Below are positions 55,338 through 64,000 of a stretch of 64,000 nucleotides of DNA, piece after piece. The position numbers were made by a program, and so were the translations under genes. Source of the stretch: a virus; the IMG/VR virus record IMGVR_UViG_3300021961_000019, one strand, 5' to 3'. Within the stretch, counting starts at the first letter, position 1. Each line of letters opens with the position of its first letter. A model generated the notes under the pieces. The model was not told the DNA's origin, did no database searches, and saw only the letters and a program-made list of their open reading frames with translations.

Positions 55338-56156
55338 TCAACCCTCATCTTTTCGAACGTCATAGTTATATCCAACAATTGATCTCTGAGAATTATCTCC
55401 GGGATAATCTTCAATATTTCCTTTATATTCTGGAATCAATTTTTCGGTGTCCATTCTCTCACCGAAAATGTGGTAGAAGCAATGAATAGGAATACCACCT
55501 TTTGATTGCAAATATACCTTATTATCTCCAATCCTCTTCACAATAATATCCTGATGCGCTCCAATTGGAGTTAATGATACAGTAATTGATTGTGGATCTA
55601 CAAGTTTTTTCCAATATTCTGGCAACTCAATCTCCATTTTATTAATAACCTTTCCCCTCACGTAAACTGCTGCCTCTGGACCTTCCACACAGCTATGTGC
55701 AAGTCTCCATCCATCTTTTGTTGGGTGTGGAATATCAAAATTTTTCTTTACGGAAAGAACGTGTGCGCCACAATTTGAAATTACATCTCCTTGAGCAAAT
55801 ACAGTTCCACTCGATAGAACTCCACCACCAGTTGTGAGAGTTCCATTTACATCAAGATTTTGAAAAATTGCAGCATCTCCAATCACTGCCAGTGCATATG
55901 GAGAATTGTTTATTTTTGCGCCACATACACTAAGGTATCCAGGAATATTTGCAGGAGGAGAGTCTTTATTTTGCATCGGACCAACCATCAGCGATGCCCA
56001 AATTCCTGGGAATGCCTTATCAGATCCCACATTCATGGGAGATTCGACGTAGGCACTACCTCTAATTTTAGTTGGACCTAGCCCATGTGGCATAGGATAT
56101 CCCTCACCAACAAGAAATTGGTGGGAGACACACAAATCATCTAATTGAAAAGCCAT
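55338..56156 (-). CDS. Tail spike/fibre-associated protein, possible chaperone-like C-terminal domain
   Basis: KNFDIPHPTKDGWRLAHSCVEGPE motif; lies in gp5 operon. Confidence 0.5.
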   Translation of the reverse strand: MAFQLDDLCVSHQFLVGEGYPMPHGLGPTKIRGSAYVESPMNVGSDKAFPGIWASLMVGPMQNKDSPPANIPGYLSVCGAKINNSPYALAVIGDAAIFQNLDVNGTLTTGGGVLSSGTVFAQGDVISNCGAHVLSVKKNFDIPHPTKDGWRLAHSCVEGPEAAVYVRGKVINKMEIELPEYWKKLVDPQSITVSLTPIGAHQDIIVKRIGDNKVYLQSKGGIPIHCFYHIFGERMDTEKLIPEYKGNIEDYPGDNSQRSIVGYNYDVRKDEG

Positions 56157-56161
56157 TCTTA

Positions 56162-56818
56162 TTAATTGTAAAGCGATTTATTGTCAAATTCTGCTGTTGA
56201 AGGATTATACTCTTTATTATTCTTTGTTGCCGATGCTGCTGTTAATCCATTCATGAAGTTGCTTACAATATGCATAGAAGTATTTGCAACCAAATTCATA
56301 GTTTTTGGAGTAAAGATGCGAGCACCAACGTTTGCCTGAACATCAAATGTTCCGGTTTTGAGATTAATTGATTGGTTTGAGTCTAGGTTAATAGAACCCT
56401 TTTTGTTATTTGGACCATCTGCTCTAATATCTATATCCAAAGCACTAAGGCGAATTCTACCTTTTGGTGCTCTGATTACAACATCACCTGTTTCACACAT
56501 TACAAAATATCCAATACCCTTTTCAGAGTTTACTGTTCCAGCATTATCCGTGGCACACTGAACACCATAGACACTTGGACATCTATTTAGTGTCCATCCT
56601 TGTCTAGGTCCATCATTATCCAAAGTTACATAATGTCTGGAGTCAAATGCCTGAAGCATAACTCCAGAAGTCACATCAGACTTTAAAGATTCTGAAGGAT
56701 CGCCAAGGTGAAGATGTCCGAATTCAATCTGACCATGACGATTGCCGTATTTTGTGGCTTCATCATTTTCCTTTTTTCCACCATCATGGCGATTTCTATT
56801 GATTAATTGCCCTGCCAT
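56162..56818 (-). CDS. Baseplate spike-associated protein (gp5 C-terminal-like beta strands)
   Basis: Directly downstream of gp5; repeated short beta-strand pattern. Confidence 0.5.
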   Translation of the reverse strand: MAGQLINRNRHDGGKKENDEATKYGNRHGQIEFGHLHLGDPSESLKSDVTSGVMLQAFDSRHYVTLDNDGPRQGWTLNRCPSVYGVQCATDNAGTVNSEKGIGYFVMCETGDVVIRAPKGRIRLSALDIDIRADGPNNKKGSINLDSNQSINLKTGTFDVQANVGARIFTPKTMNLVANTSMHIVSNFMNGLTAASATKNNKEYNPSTAEFDNKSLYN

Positions 56819-56839
56819 TAAAGTTCTCAGTCAGTATTA

Positions 56840-59716
56840 CTAGTTATTAGGGATTGTATTACCTCTGCTATCAGTTGTCACTTTACCAACACAATCAACA
56901 ACGTTGATTAGTTGTACATCTGGTGGTAGAGTGTCATCTTCTTCAGAAAGATCACCTACTCTAATTATATTGAATAGGGGAACCATTTTTGCATTCACTC
57001 CTTGACGTGATCGAATAATGATTTCTGGCCACTCAACAAATCCAATTCCCTTCTGAATTACATTTACATATGCCAATGCACCAACACTATCAAAGACTGG
57101 TTCAAGAACTGCTCCTCTATCTGGAGTGATTGTAATTGTATCTCCGGGAGCATAATTCACACCAGAATTTGTAACCACAACTTCACCAAGTTCCAGAACT
57201 ACTGGATAAGAACCATTGGAAGTTGGACTTGTTGGTTGTGGAAGTGTTGGTGGAGTATAATCTGGAGTTGTAAATGATCCACCAGTTTCTACTGGAATTC
57301 GTACCAATGGACCCTGACCAACAATTATCTGAGTGATTTCCCCATCATTATCATAAATCTCCACTTGAGTATTTGGTGGCGCAGCGACTGTATCACCAGG
57401 AAGAACAGAGATTGGTGTGAATGGCGGCAGAACTTTATATCCATCAATATCATTACCAACAATAGTGTCAACTGATTTTGCATAAACATCACCATTTGCA
57501 CCAACATCTCCATCTGGTCCTGGTAGGTAAGCAATTCCAGGATCAAGAACAAGAACCCCAGTAACAGAAAATTCCTCAGTCGTTTCAGAATCAACAGTTG
57601 TGAGATTATTTTGTGCTCCAATTACATTATTTCCGGTGAACGTTCCAGTTCCCACTGTTTGCCCTGTCGAATCTGTAACTGTACCAGTTCCACTAAATGC
57701 TGCATTATCATAATTTCCAGTTCCCTTAAATGGTTGGGTTCCAGTTCCGGTTCCAGTTCCTGTAATTTGACCACCACCAGTAAATCTTCCATCATCGCTC
57801 AGGAAAGTTCCTGATCCGGTCATATTTCCTTCATCATCAAATGTCACTTGACCGACGAAAGTTCCAGTGCCTTTTGGTAATTCCTGCTGTGGAGTTTCTG
57901 TTCCTGTTGTTGGTGTTGTTCCTGTTGTTCCTGTTGTTGGTGTTGTTCCTGTTGTTGGTGTTGTTCCTGTTGTTGGTGTTGTTCCTGTTGTTGGTGTTGT
58001 TCCTGTTGTTGGTGTTGTTCCTGCATCTGCGAACCCAGGCAATCCACCCAATCCAGTTCCACTACCTTGATCACCAAGACCCTGCACTTCTCCAACAACG
58101 GGTGTTGGTCTCTCTGGATTTTCTGCAAATTGTTGTTGAGCTGTTGGTTGTGGCTGTGCAGCGGTGCCAGTTGGTGCAACCAATGCAGCCATTGTTGCGC
58201 CATTACCTTTACCACAATCATCTGCAGCAGTAACTGCTGGTGGATTTGTATATCCAGATCCACCATCAACAACATCAACTGCAAGCAGAGATCCATCGGG
58301 ACCAATAACAGGATTTCCTTGGGCCGGTGTTCCACTGGGCCCAGTATCTCCAGTAAAATTGACCTGTGGTGATGTGCATGGTTTTGGTTGAGTGTTACAT
58401 CCACCACCACCTCCTCCACCACCATTGGCGAAGCTTTGTGCCAAACTAGCAAGATTTTGTCTCACCTCATCCGACTTTTCTTTTGAACCATACCAGAAAC
58501 TCCATTGATCATTCATCGTACAATCAAGTTTCTCATCACAAGAAAGAAACCCAAGAAGACCCCAAAGAATATCTAAAATACTCATTGGATTTCCTGCAAT
58601 CTGCGCAGCTGCACCAGCAGCGGCAGAAATAACATTCATGATAGAATCAACTGTATTGGCTATTGGACCAATAATATCACCAAAAACAGCACCAGCCATT
58701 GCTTCGGCAGCACACATTGGTGCATCCACCAGACTGTTAACGGCATTTTGAACTAATCCTTTAACAAGTTCTAAGAGTCCATCGATTAATTTATTAAATA
58801 GACACTGTAGAATATCTTGTTGCTGCTCTACAACACGATTAAATCTTGCCCTTTGATTCGGAATAACAGTATTGACAATGGGTTTAATCGCTTTATCAAC
58901 AATATTATTTGTATACCCACGAAGTTTATCAATTAATGTTTTGATTAATTCCGCGATAAAAGCTGATGCAGTATTGATTAGGGATGGAATTGCATTTTGT
59001 AAGTCAGATGCAGCGCCAAAGAAACTACTTGCTTCAGATCTGATTTGATTGACAAGTTTTAATAGATTTCTAAGTGCTCTTTGAACACCTTTCATTTCAC
59101 CATTAGGTCCATCACACTCTCTGGTCTTCGGCACAAAGTGTGAATATGCACCGTCCTTAAGTTGGTCAACATGAGCAACACGACCAACAAATGGGTGAGG
59201 ACTTTCTTCTAATGGTGGACCTCCTTCAGATGGACCCTCAAGGAGTAAGTTTTTGGTGGATGAAGTTTTTGTTTTATCTAATCCAATATATCCTGTTCTT
59301 GGAATATATCCCTCATTTGGATCACCACCAAACAGTCTTGTCTGAGATTGATTCCCAAGAGTGCCCATAATAATAGGCTCAGTGCCATCAATCCCATCCT
59401 TATAAAATCCAATAACATAGTTTCCCTGACGCAAGTTTGGCGTCATCGCAGATCCCGTATGTCCACTTCCTCCGGTTACTGGATACAAAACCTCCGCCAT
59501 GGGAAGTTGATCGTCTTCAGTATCTTGGAACTTCTCTTTAGTATCTCTACCAAAAATGCGAACCTTATAACGATACCCCCAACCATCTTCTTCGTCACGT
59601 TTGTGAACTTTATGTGAGTGATTTTTTACCCAGTTTTTTTCATCAACAATCTGCCCCATCCACCAATGGAATTCAGATGTTCCGGAAAATTCGGGATTAA
59701 AAAGATCTCTTGTCAT
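56840..59716 (-). CDS. gp5: Baseplate hub/spike protein gp5 (N-terminal OB domain)
   Basis: FHWWMGQIVD...GYRYKVRIFG...GNYVIGFYKDG..EPIIMG. Confidence 0.8.
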   Translation of the reverse strand: MTRDLFNPEFSGTSEFHWWMGQIVDEKNWVKNHSHKVHKRDEEDGWGYRYKVRIFGRDTKEKFQDTEDDQLPMAEVLYPVTGGSGHTGSAMTPNLRQGNYVIGFYKDGIDGTEPIIMGTLGNQSQTRLFGGDPNEGYIPRTGYIGLDKTKTSSTKNLLLEGPSEGGPPLEESPHPFVGRVAHVDQLKDGAYSHFVPKTRECDGPNGEMKGVQRALRNLLKLVNQIRSEASSFFGAASDLQNAIPSLINTASAFIAELIKTLIDKLRGYTNNIVDKAIKPIVNTVIPNQRARFNRVVEQQQDILQCLFNKLIDGLLELVKGLVQNAVNSLVDAPMCAAEAMAGAVFGDIIGPIANTVDSIMNVISAAAGAAAQIAGNPMSILDILWGLLGFLSCDEKLDCTMNDQWSFWYGSKEKSDEVRQNLASLAQSFANGGGGGGGGCNTQPKPCTSPQVNFTGDTGPSGTPAQGNPVIGPDGSLLAVDVVDGGSGYTNPPAVTAADDCGKGNGATMAALVAPTGTAAQPQPTAQQQFAENPERPTPVVGEVQGLGDQGSGTGLGGLPGFADAGTTPTTGTTPTTGTTPTTGTTPTTGTTPTTGTTGTTPTTGTETPQQELPKGTGTFVGQVTFDDEGNMTGSGTFLSDDGRFTGGGQITGTGTGTGTQPFKGTGNYDNAAFSGTGTVTDSTGQTVGTGTFTGNNVIGAQNNLTTVDSETTEEFSVTGVLVLDPGIAYLPGPDGDVGANGDVYAKSVDTIVGNDIDGYKVLPPFTPISVLPGDTVAAPPNTQVEIYDNDGEITQIIVGQGPLVRIPVETGGSFTTPDYTPPTLPQPTSPTSNGSYPVVLELGEVVVTNSGVNYAPGDTITITPDRGAVLEPVFDSVGALAYVNVIQKGIGFVEWPEIIIRSRQGVNAKMVPLFNIIRVGDLSEEDDTLPPDVQLINVVDCVGKVTTDSRGNTIPNN
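57899..58021. repeat. 18-bp VNTR encoding GTTPTT x6
   Basis: (TGTTGTTCCTGTTGTTGG)n with one 9-bp half unit. Confidence 0.92.
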
Positions 59717-59724
59717 TTATACTA

Positions 59725-59943
59725 TCAATCTTCGTAAATACGACACTCTAATGCATCTGGATGTGTATCACAATACAATTCCAGATTAGTGGGATCGTGA
59801 TCATCATCTGGATGATTTGCTTGATATCTTTCTAGACTATCAAGTTCATCTTCAATATGGCGACGACGTTGAGCACTGATCCTAGGATCATCCAACTCAT
59901 CTCTATCGTCATTAATATGTTGTTGTAAAGATCTTTCTGTCAT
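59725..59943 (-). CDS. cp12: CP12 Calvin-cycle inhibitor (phage type)
   Basis: RRRHIEDEL and C-terminal ELYCDTHPDALECRIYED; only C-terminal Cys pair. Confidence 0.88.
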   Translation of the reverse strand: MTERSLQQHINDDRDELDDPRISAQRRRHIEDELDSLERYQANHPDDDHDPTNLELYCDTHPDALECRIYED

Positions 59944-59954
59944 AGTTTTATTCC

Positions 59955-61295
59955 TCATTTTCGACCAAGTGATTCTCTTACGAGATGTAATGATGTGTAA
60001 GAGCTGTTTTTACTAATTCGATGTCCGATATCTACTATCATATATATACCACCTTTGTTCTTACTTACATCCTGGTTCTCCTTATTTGATTGCTCTGGAA
60101 AGTCTGCATATATCAAATCACCAGCATGTAGACTAAAATCTGCTGGAACCGTAATGGTCATCTTAGTATTAAAGAGATTATTGTATCTTGCGGATGATTG
60201 TCTTAAAATTTCATTAATGTTGAAATTAACTTCTTCCTTCGAATGTTCCAGTTGTTCCTCCAGATTATTTCCTGGGGGTAAAACTCCAGTATCATCAAAC
60301 TTTGTATAGACTTTTGCAATTTCCTGATGAATCGGATCACCAATATTTGGTCTATAAATTCCACCAATATTCTGTTCTTGGAATTGATTTTGCGTATCAA
60401 ATTCAGTCTCTCTATATGCATTACTAAAAGGTTCAAATCCTTTGTGCTCTTGCTTCATAAGACTTCCAATCTTTAGAGATCTTTCAATATCAATTCCACT
60501 ATCAAAATGGTAGTTCAAAATTTTCGCATCATATCCAGAAGGCAGTTCTGTGGACGAATTGCTAATAAATCTCTTTTTTGGACCAACTGTAAATAATTTG
60601 TCGATTGATCTGAATTGATATCCGCCTAATCCATTACCATCTTGTGCAATTTCATAGAAGAAATATCCAGCAAGATTTCCATAAGCATTTGGCATATCTG
60701 GCACAGTTCTTTTTGCCAACCATGGAATAATGTGAAATGGCTTCTGACTATACCCCAAGAAATTGAAATCATTTAATCCAGGATCAACAGTGACATTTTT
60801 TGTAGTTTGCAGAACTTCTTGCAAAATTCTATTCACGTTCTCAGGAATCTTTCCATCATATCTTTTAGTGACTCTTGTTTTTTGCAATTCATTTTGAATT
60901 GATTCTGGAGAAAAGAAATCAATTGTATAGACACTTTTTCTTGCATGTTCTGCGATTGCTCGCATCTCTTTTACGGCAAGGGCATATTCTCCTTGATACA
61001 ACAACTGATTTCCATACGAATCTTCAACAGAAAGCTCTGTCTTTTCGCCAGAAGTTAAATTCAACGCATAGGCATTTCCATGCTCCTGTGTCATAGCAGC
61101 GTTGCCTTCAGTATTTGAATAGCCAGTATCAGCAATCGTTGCAGACGTTCTTACTGTGGTGTCCAATAGACTTTCATATATGCCCAACTCAGCAATACCA
61201 CCAGAAATTTCGGTAGTCTGCCCGGTGTAATTTGATGTAATTTCAAACTGGGTTACATTAGCTTCCCCACCTTGACCGTGGATGTTACTTGGCAT
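59955..61295 (-). CDS. Baseplate hub protein (gp27-like)
   Basis: Synteny before gp5; DFSLHAGDLI C-terminus. Confidence 0.55.
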   Translation of the reverse strand: MPSNIHGQGGEANVTQFEITSNYTGQTTEISGGIAELGIYESLLDTTVRTSATIADTGYSNTEGNAAMTQEHGNAYALNLTSGEKTELSVEDSYGNQLLYQGEYALAVKEMRAIAEHARKSVYTIDFFSPESIQNELQKTRVTKRYDGKIPENVNRILQEVLQTTKNVTVDPGLNDFNFLGYSQKPFHIIPWLAKRTVPDMPNAYGNLAGYFFYEIAQDGNGLGGYQFRSIDKLFTVGPKKRFISNSSTELPSGYDAKILNYHFDSGIDIERSLKIGSLMKQEHKGFEPFSNAYRETEFDTQNQFQEQNIGGIYRPNIGDPIHQEIAKVYTKFDDTGVLPPGNNLEEQLEHSKEEVNFNINEILRQSSARYNNLFNTKMTITVPADFSLHAGDLIYADFPEQSNKENQDVSKNKGGIYMIVDIGHRISKNSSYTSLHLVRESLGRK

Positions 61296-61297
61296 CT

Positions 61298-64000
61298 TTA
61301 ATGTCTACTCAAACTATTACGTTTATATGTTTTATTTAATCCCGCACCACCAGCGCCACGCGCACCGCCATGACCGAAACTTGCAGTTCCTGATGGCATC
61401 TGCATAGGAATAAAGTTGTCAATAATAACCGGTTGTATCATTACTTGCGAATCTGTTCCCTCATATGATGCATGAGTCTTAAGGGAATCAAATGAATTTC
61501 TTGATGGTGTTGGTGCAATTCTTCCACCTTCTTCCTTACCAACCCAACCACGTGGATCATACCAATCTCGTTTTGGTGCAGGTTTCGCTGCAGGTTTTGG
61601 TCTATTTTTTTGTATCTTTGCTCTGTTTAGTTGTTGTTGAGTTGGTTTTCTTGCTGTTGGTTTCGCAGCAGGAGTGCTAGGGGGTTTCTCTGCAGCAGCT
61701 GCTTTTGGTGCAAGAGATTCTGCAATTTTGGAAAGTAGACCCTTCTCTTTTGGTTTCCAGTTCTTTCCATCCCAAACAACAGGTTTTCCATTCAACACAG
61801 ATTCAGTTCCTGGTTTTCTACCAGCAACTCCACCACTCTTTTCTTGCTCTCTCAACTTCGCGGTTAATTTTGCACCTTGACCCGATATAAGGGAATTTGC
61901 AAATGTTCTAATAACTGCGTCAGGATTCCCCCCACTATCAATAGCGTTGACGTGAAAAGATACGTGATCATATAATCCACCAGCACCATCGTCACTTGAT
62001 CCTGATGCACCCTGCCACCCAAGAACAGTTCCTGGTGCAATTTTTTCACCATTTTTGAATGATCTGAATGGTTTATTTCCATGAGCCATCATAATCTCAT
62101 ATCTCTTTCCATCTTTCGGATCTGTATAAACGTAGGAACCGATATGTCCAAATCCCCCAGGTCCAGTACCTTTGACTACTCTACTTGTACTTCCTTGTGA
62201 TGTGATTGCCCTTTGACCGGCATTTCTTCCGCCAGGAATCTTATCAAAATACTGCAGTTCATATGGGAATGAAATTTCTACACCCCTATTTCCATAAGGT
62301 CCCTGTACAGCATTGTTGCCAAATTGCTTTCCAATTTTACCTCTTGTGCCAAACAATTCAATATCAGTACCAGTATCTTGACCATCTCTATCACCATATC
62401 CACTTGAAATTTGTGCATATGCACCACCAGAAGATCCTGCAAGTTGCTGCCCCGACTCAACACCCTCGGCTTTCCCAGCACGTGCTAGTGGTGATCCCGG
62501 TGAGGGTTTTGGTTTAGCTCTTGAGAATACAATAGGATCTTTTCTTGCTGCTTCAACGATTTGTCTTTCAGCTTGTGTCGCATGATCTGCTGGACCAATC
62601 CACGCACCTATCCCCCTCTCCTTCATATATTGAACTGCCAACAAGTCCTGAACTTCTTTGGTGAACTTTGCATCATGCGGAATGCCTGCTCTTGCAACTA
62701 CACCAGGAAGAGTGTTGCCAATAAATTGATAGCGCCCAACTGCGTGAAGTCTTCCTTGCTTGATCCATTCAGCATCACTCATCTTACTAGGTGCTTGCAG
62801 AGCCATGATCTCACCAACAGTCATGTCAGTAAGAGACTTTCCACCATGCTGTTTCATTTTCCTAAAGTCGCCAGCATAACCCTTGACCCCTCTACCACCA
62901 GAAATACCAATTTGATTTACCGCATTATAACCACCACTACTAGCAGATTCATACTTACTGAGAATATCTAACGCTTTCTTTTGGTTGGGTGACAATTTGA
63001 CGGAAATATTTCCTCCAGCCCCTCCACCTCCACCTCCAGGGGGTTGTGGTGTTGGAACACCAGGAGCTTTTGGTTGGGTTGGTTGCACACTTCCTGGCGA
63101 TGATCCTGCACCCCTTGTACCTCCCTGCCCTCTTCTACGACCTTTAGGGGCTTTGGGTGCTCCAGGGGGTCCAGGGGGTTCGGGTGCTCCGGGTGCTCCG
63201 GGTGCTCCGGGGGCTGCTGGTTCTCCGCCATCTCCTGCTCCATCACTTCCATCTCTCTGAGATCCATCCCTATACTTGCCAGATTCGGTTTGAATATTTC
63301 GAATTGCAATTGCGGATTCAATACCAATTGCATGTTTAAATGCTTTTCCTAATGATGCTCCAAGACTACTTGTATCTGTTGCCGGTCTTGTGGTTTCTGT
63401 TATAACACCACCAGATGCATATGCTGAAACGATTTGTCTTAAAGCTTCTGCTGAAGATCTTTCTCCTGCTGACTGAATGATGGCAGCAATTGATTCACCC
63501 AACTGATTATAAACCATGTCATGTGGTTTTTGACCGAGGGCAATATCAATCGATGCTCCCATAATTCCACCGACCACAGGAATCTTCTTCAGAATTTCTG
63601 AGGTCTCTGTAAGTGCCTTGTATGGATTTCCCCTCTTTCCTTTCTCTTTGGATTGCTCATCTAAACCAAGAATCCTCTTAGCCCATCCAAGAACACCACC
63701 ACCTTTTTGTCCACCACCCCCATCAGGGGAATCAGTATCTGGGAAGAGCTTTTGAATGATATTTTTTCCACCAATATCCTTTCCAGGTTCAGTTCTCTGC
63801 TTCTGCTGAGTTTTTGAATTGACCTTTAAACGTCTTCTTCTGGTGACAGTTCTTGCAACAGTTCGAGCGGGACTTCTAGAAATTGTGCCACCAGTTGCTT
63901 TCTTTTGTGGCTTGGTAGTCTTTGATCTCTCAAAGATCATATCATAGAGAGCAGTTCCGATGGCATCACCAACGAAACCACCAATCACAGAACCGATAAG
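61298..64000 (-). CDS. Large virion/hub (tape-measure-like) protein with lysozyme-like and M23-like domains; 5' end outside window
   Basis: KYESASSGGYNAVN...AVGRYQFIGNTL; AHG...GTVLGWQGASGSS...DHVSF; Pro/Gly-rich linker. Confidence 0.65.
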   Translation of the reverse strand, partial: LIGSVIGGFVGDAIGTALYDMIFERSKTTKPQKKATGGTISRSPARTVARTVTRRRRLKVNSKTQQKQRTEPGKDIGGKNIIQKLFPDTDSPDGGGGQKGGGVLGWAKRILGLDEQSKEKGKRGNPYKALTETSEILKKIPVVGGIMGASIDIALGQKPHDMVYNQLGESIAAIIQSAGERSSAEALRQIVSAYASGGVITETTRPATDTSSLGASLGKAFKHAIGIESAIAIRNIQTESGKYRDGSQRDGSDGAGDGGEPAAPGAPGAPGAPEPPGPPGAPKAPKGRRRGQGGTRGAGSSPGSVQPTQPKAPGVPTPQPPGGGGGGAGGNISVKLSPNQKKALDILSKYESASSGGYNAVNQIGISGGRGVKGYAGDFRKMKQHGGKSLTDMTVGEIMALQAPSKMSDAEWIKQGRLHAVGRYQFIGNTLPGVVARAGIPHDAKFTKEVQDLLAVQYMKERGIGAWIGPADHATQAERQIVEAARKDPIVFSRAKPKPSPGSPLARAGKAEGVESGQQLAGSSGGAYAQISSGYGDRDGQDTGTDIELFGTRGKIGKQFGNNAVQGPYGNRGVEISFPYELQYFDKIPGGRNAGQRAITSQGSTSRVVKGTGPGGFGHIGSYVYTDPKDGKRYEIMMAHGNKPFRSFKNGEKIAPGTVLGWQGASGSSDDGAGGLYDHVSFHVNAIDSGGNPDAVIRTFANSLISGQGAKLTAKLREQEKSGGVAGRKPGTESVLNGKPVVWDGKNWKPKEKGLLSKIAESLAPKAAAAEKPPSTPAAKPTARKPTQQQLNRAKIQKNRPKPAAKPAPKRDWYDPRGWVGKEEGGRIAPTPSRNSFDSLKTHASYEGTDSQVMIQPVIIDNFIPMQMPSGTASFGHGGARGAGGAGLNKTYKRNSLSRH

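Noticed and set aside
626-63339. Most plus-strand and nested ORFs in the track (e.g. 12549..13286, 19679..20143, 38527..38721, 57841..58452)
   Set aside because: Shadow frames of longer minus-strand genes or of repeats; no RBS, promoter or motif support

Overview
64-kb segment of a T4-like cyanophage (myovirus; Synechococcus-type host inferred from host-like prs, PTOX, a bilin lyase and CP12). It is AT-rich (about 40% GC by eye) and almost all genes lie on the minus strand. (1) 1-8.4 kb: baseplate wedge module (gp7-like partial, gp6, gp25), then an HNH endonuclease. (2) 9-40.6 kb: early/accessory region of about 100 small ORFs organised in promoter-headed cassettes. It holds a non-coding ATCTAG repeat array with flanking promoters (origin-like), an antisense GIY-YIG endonuclease, PTOX, a nuclease plus DNA methyltransferase pair, a metallophosphoesterase, a bilin lyase, a glutaredoxin-like gene, PRPP synthase, a LOG-family protein and a SprT-like protease. 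(3) 40.7-64 kb: tail fibre and baseplate hub genes with internal repeats, an inverted cassette of four paralogous small genes, tRNA-Leu(TAG), gp5, CP12 and a large lysozyme/M23-like virion protein (partial). The strongest signals not explained by the ORF track are: two classes of non-canonical promoter elements with fixed spacing (12 and 7 copies), a 16-copy ATCTAG array, a candidate phage-borne restriction-modification operon, and a four-paralog cassette driven from a 22-bp palindromic double late promoter. Functional calls come from motif recognition only; no database search was run. Several start codons were moved from the ORF track to better-supported downstream ATGs.
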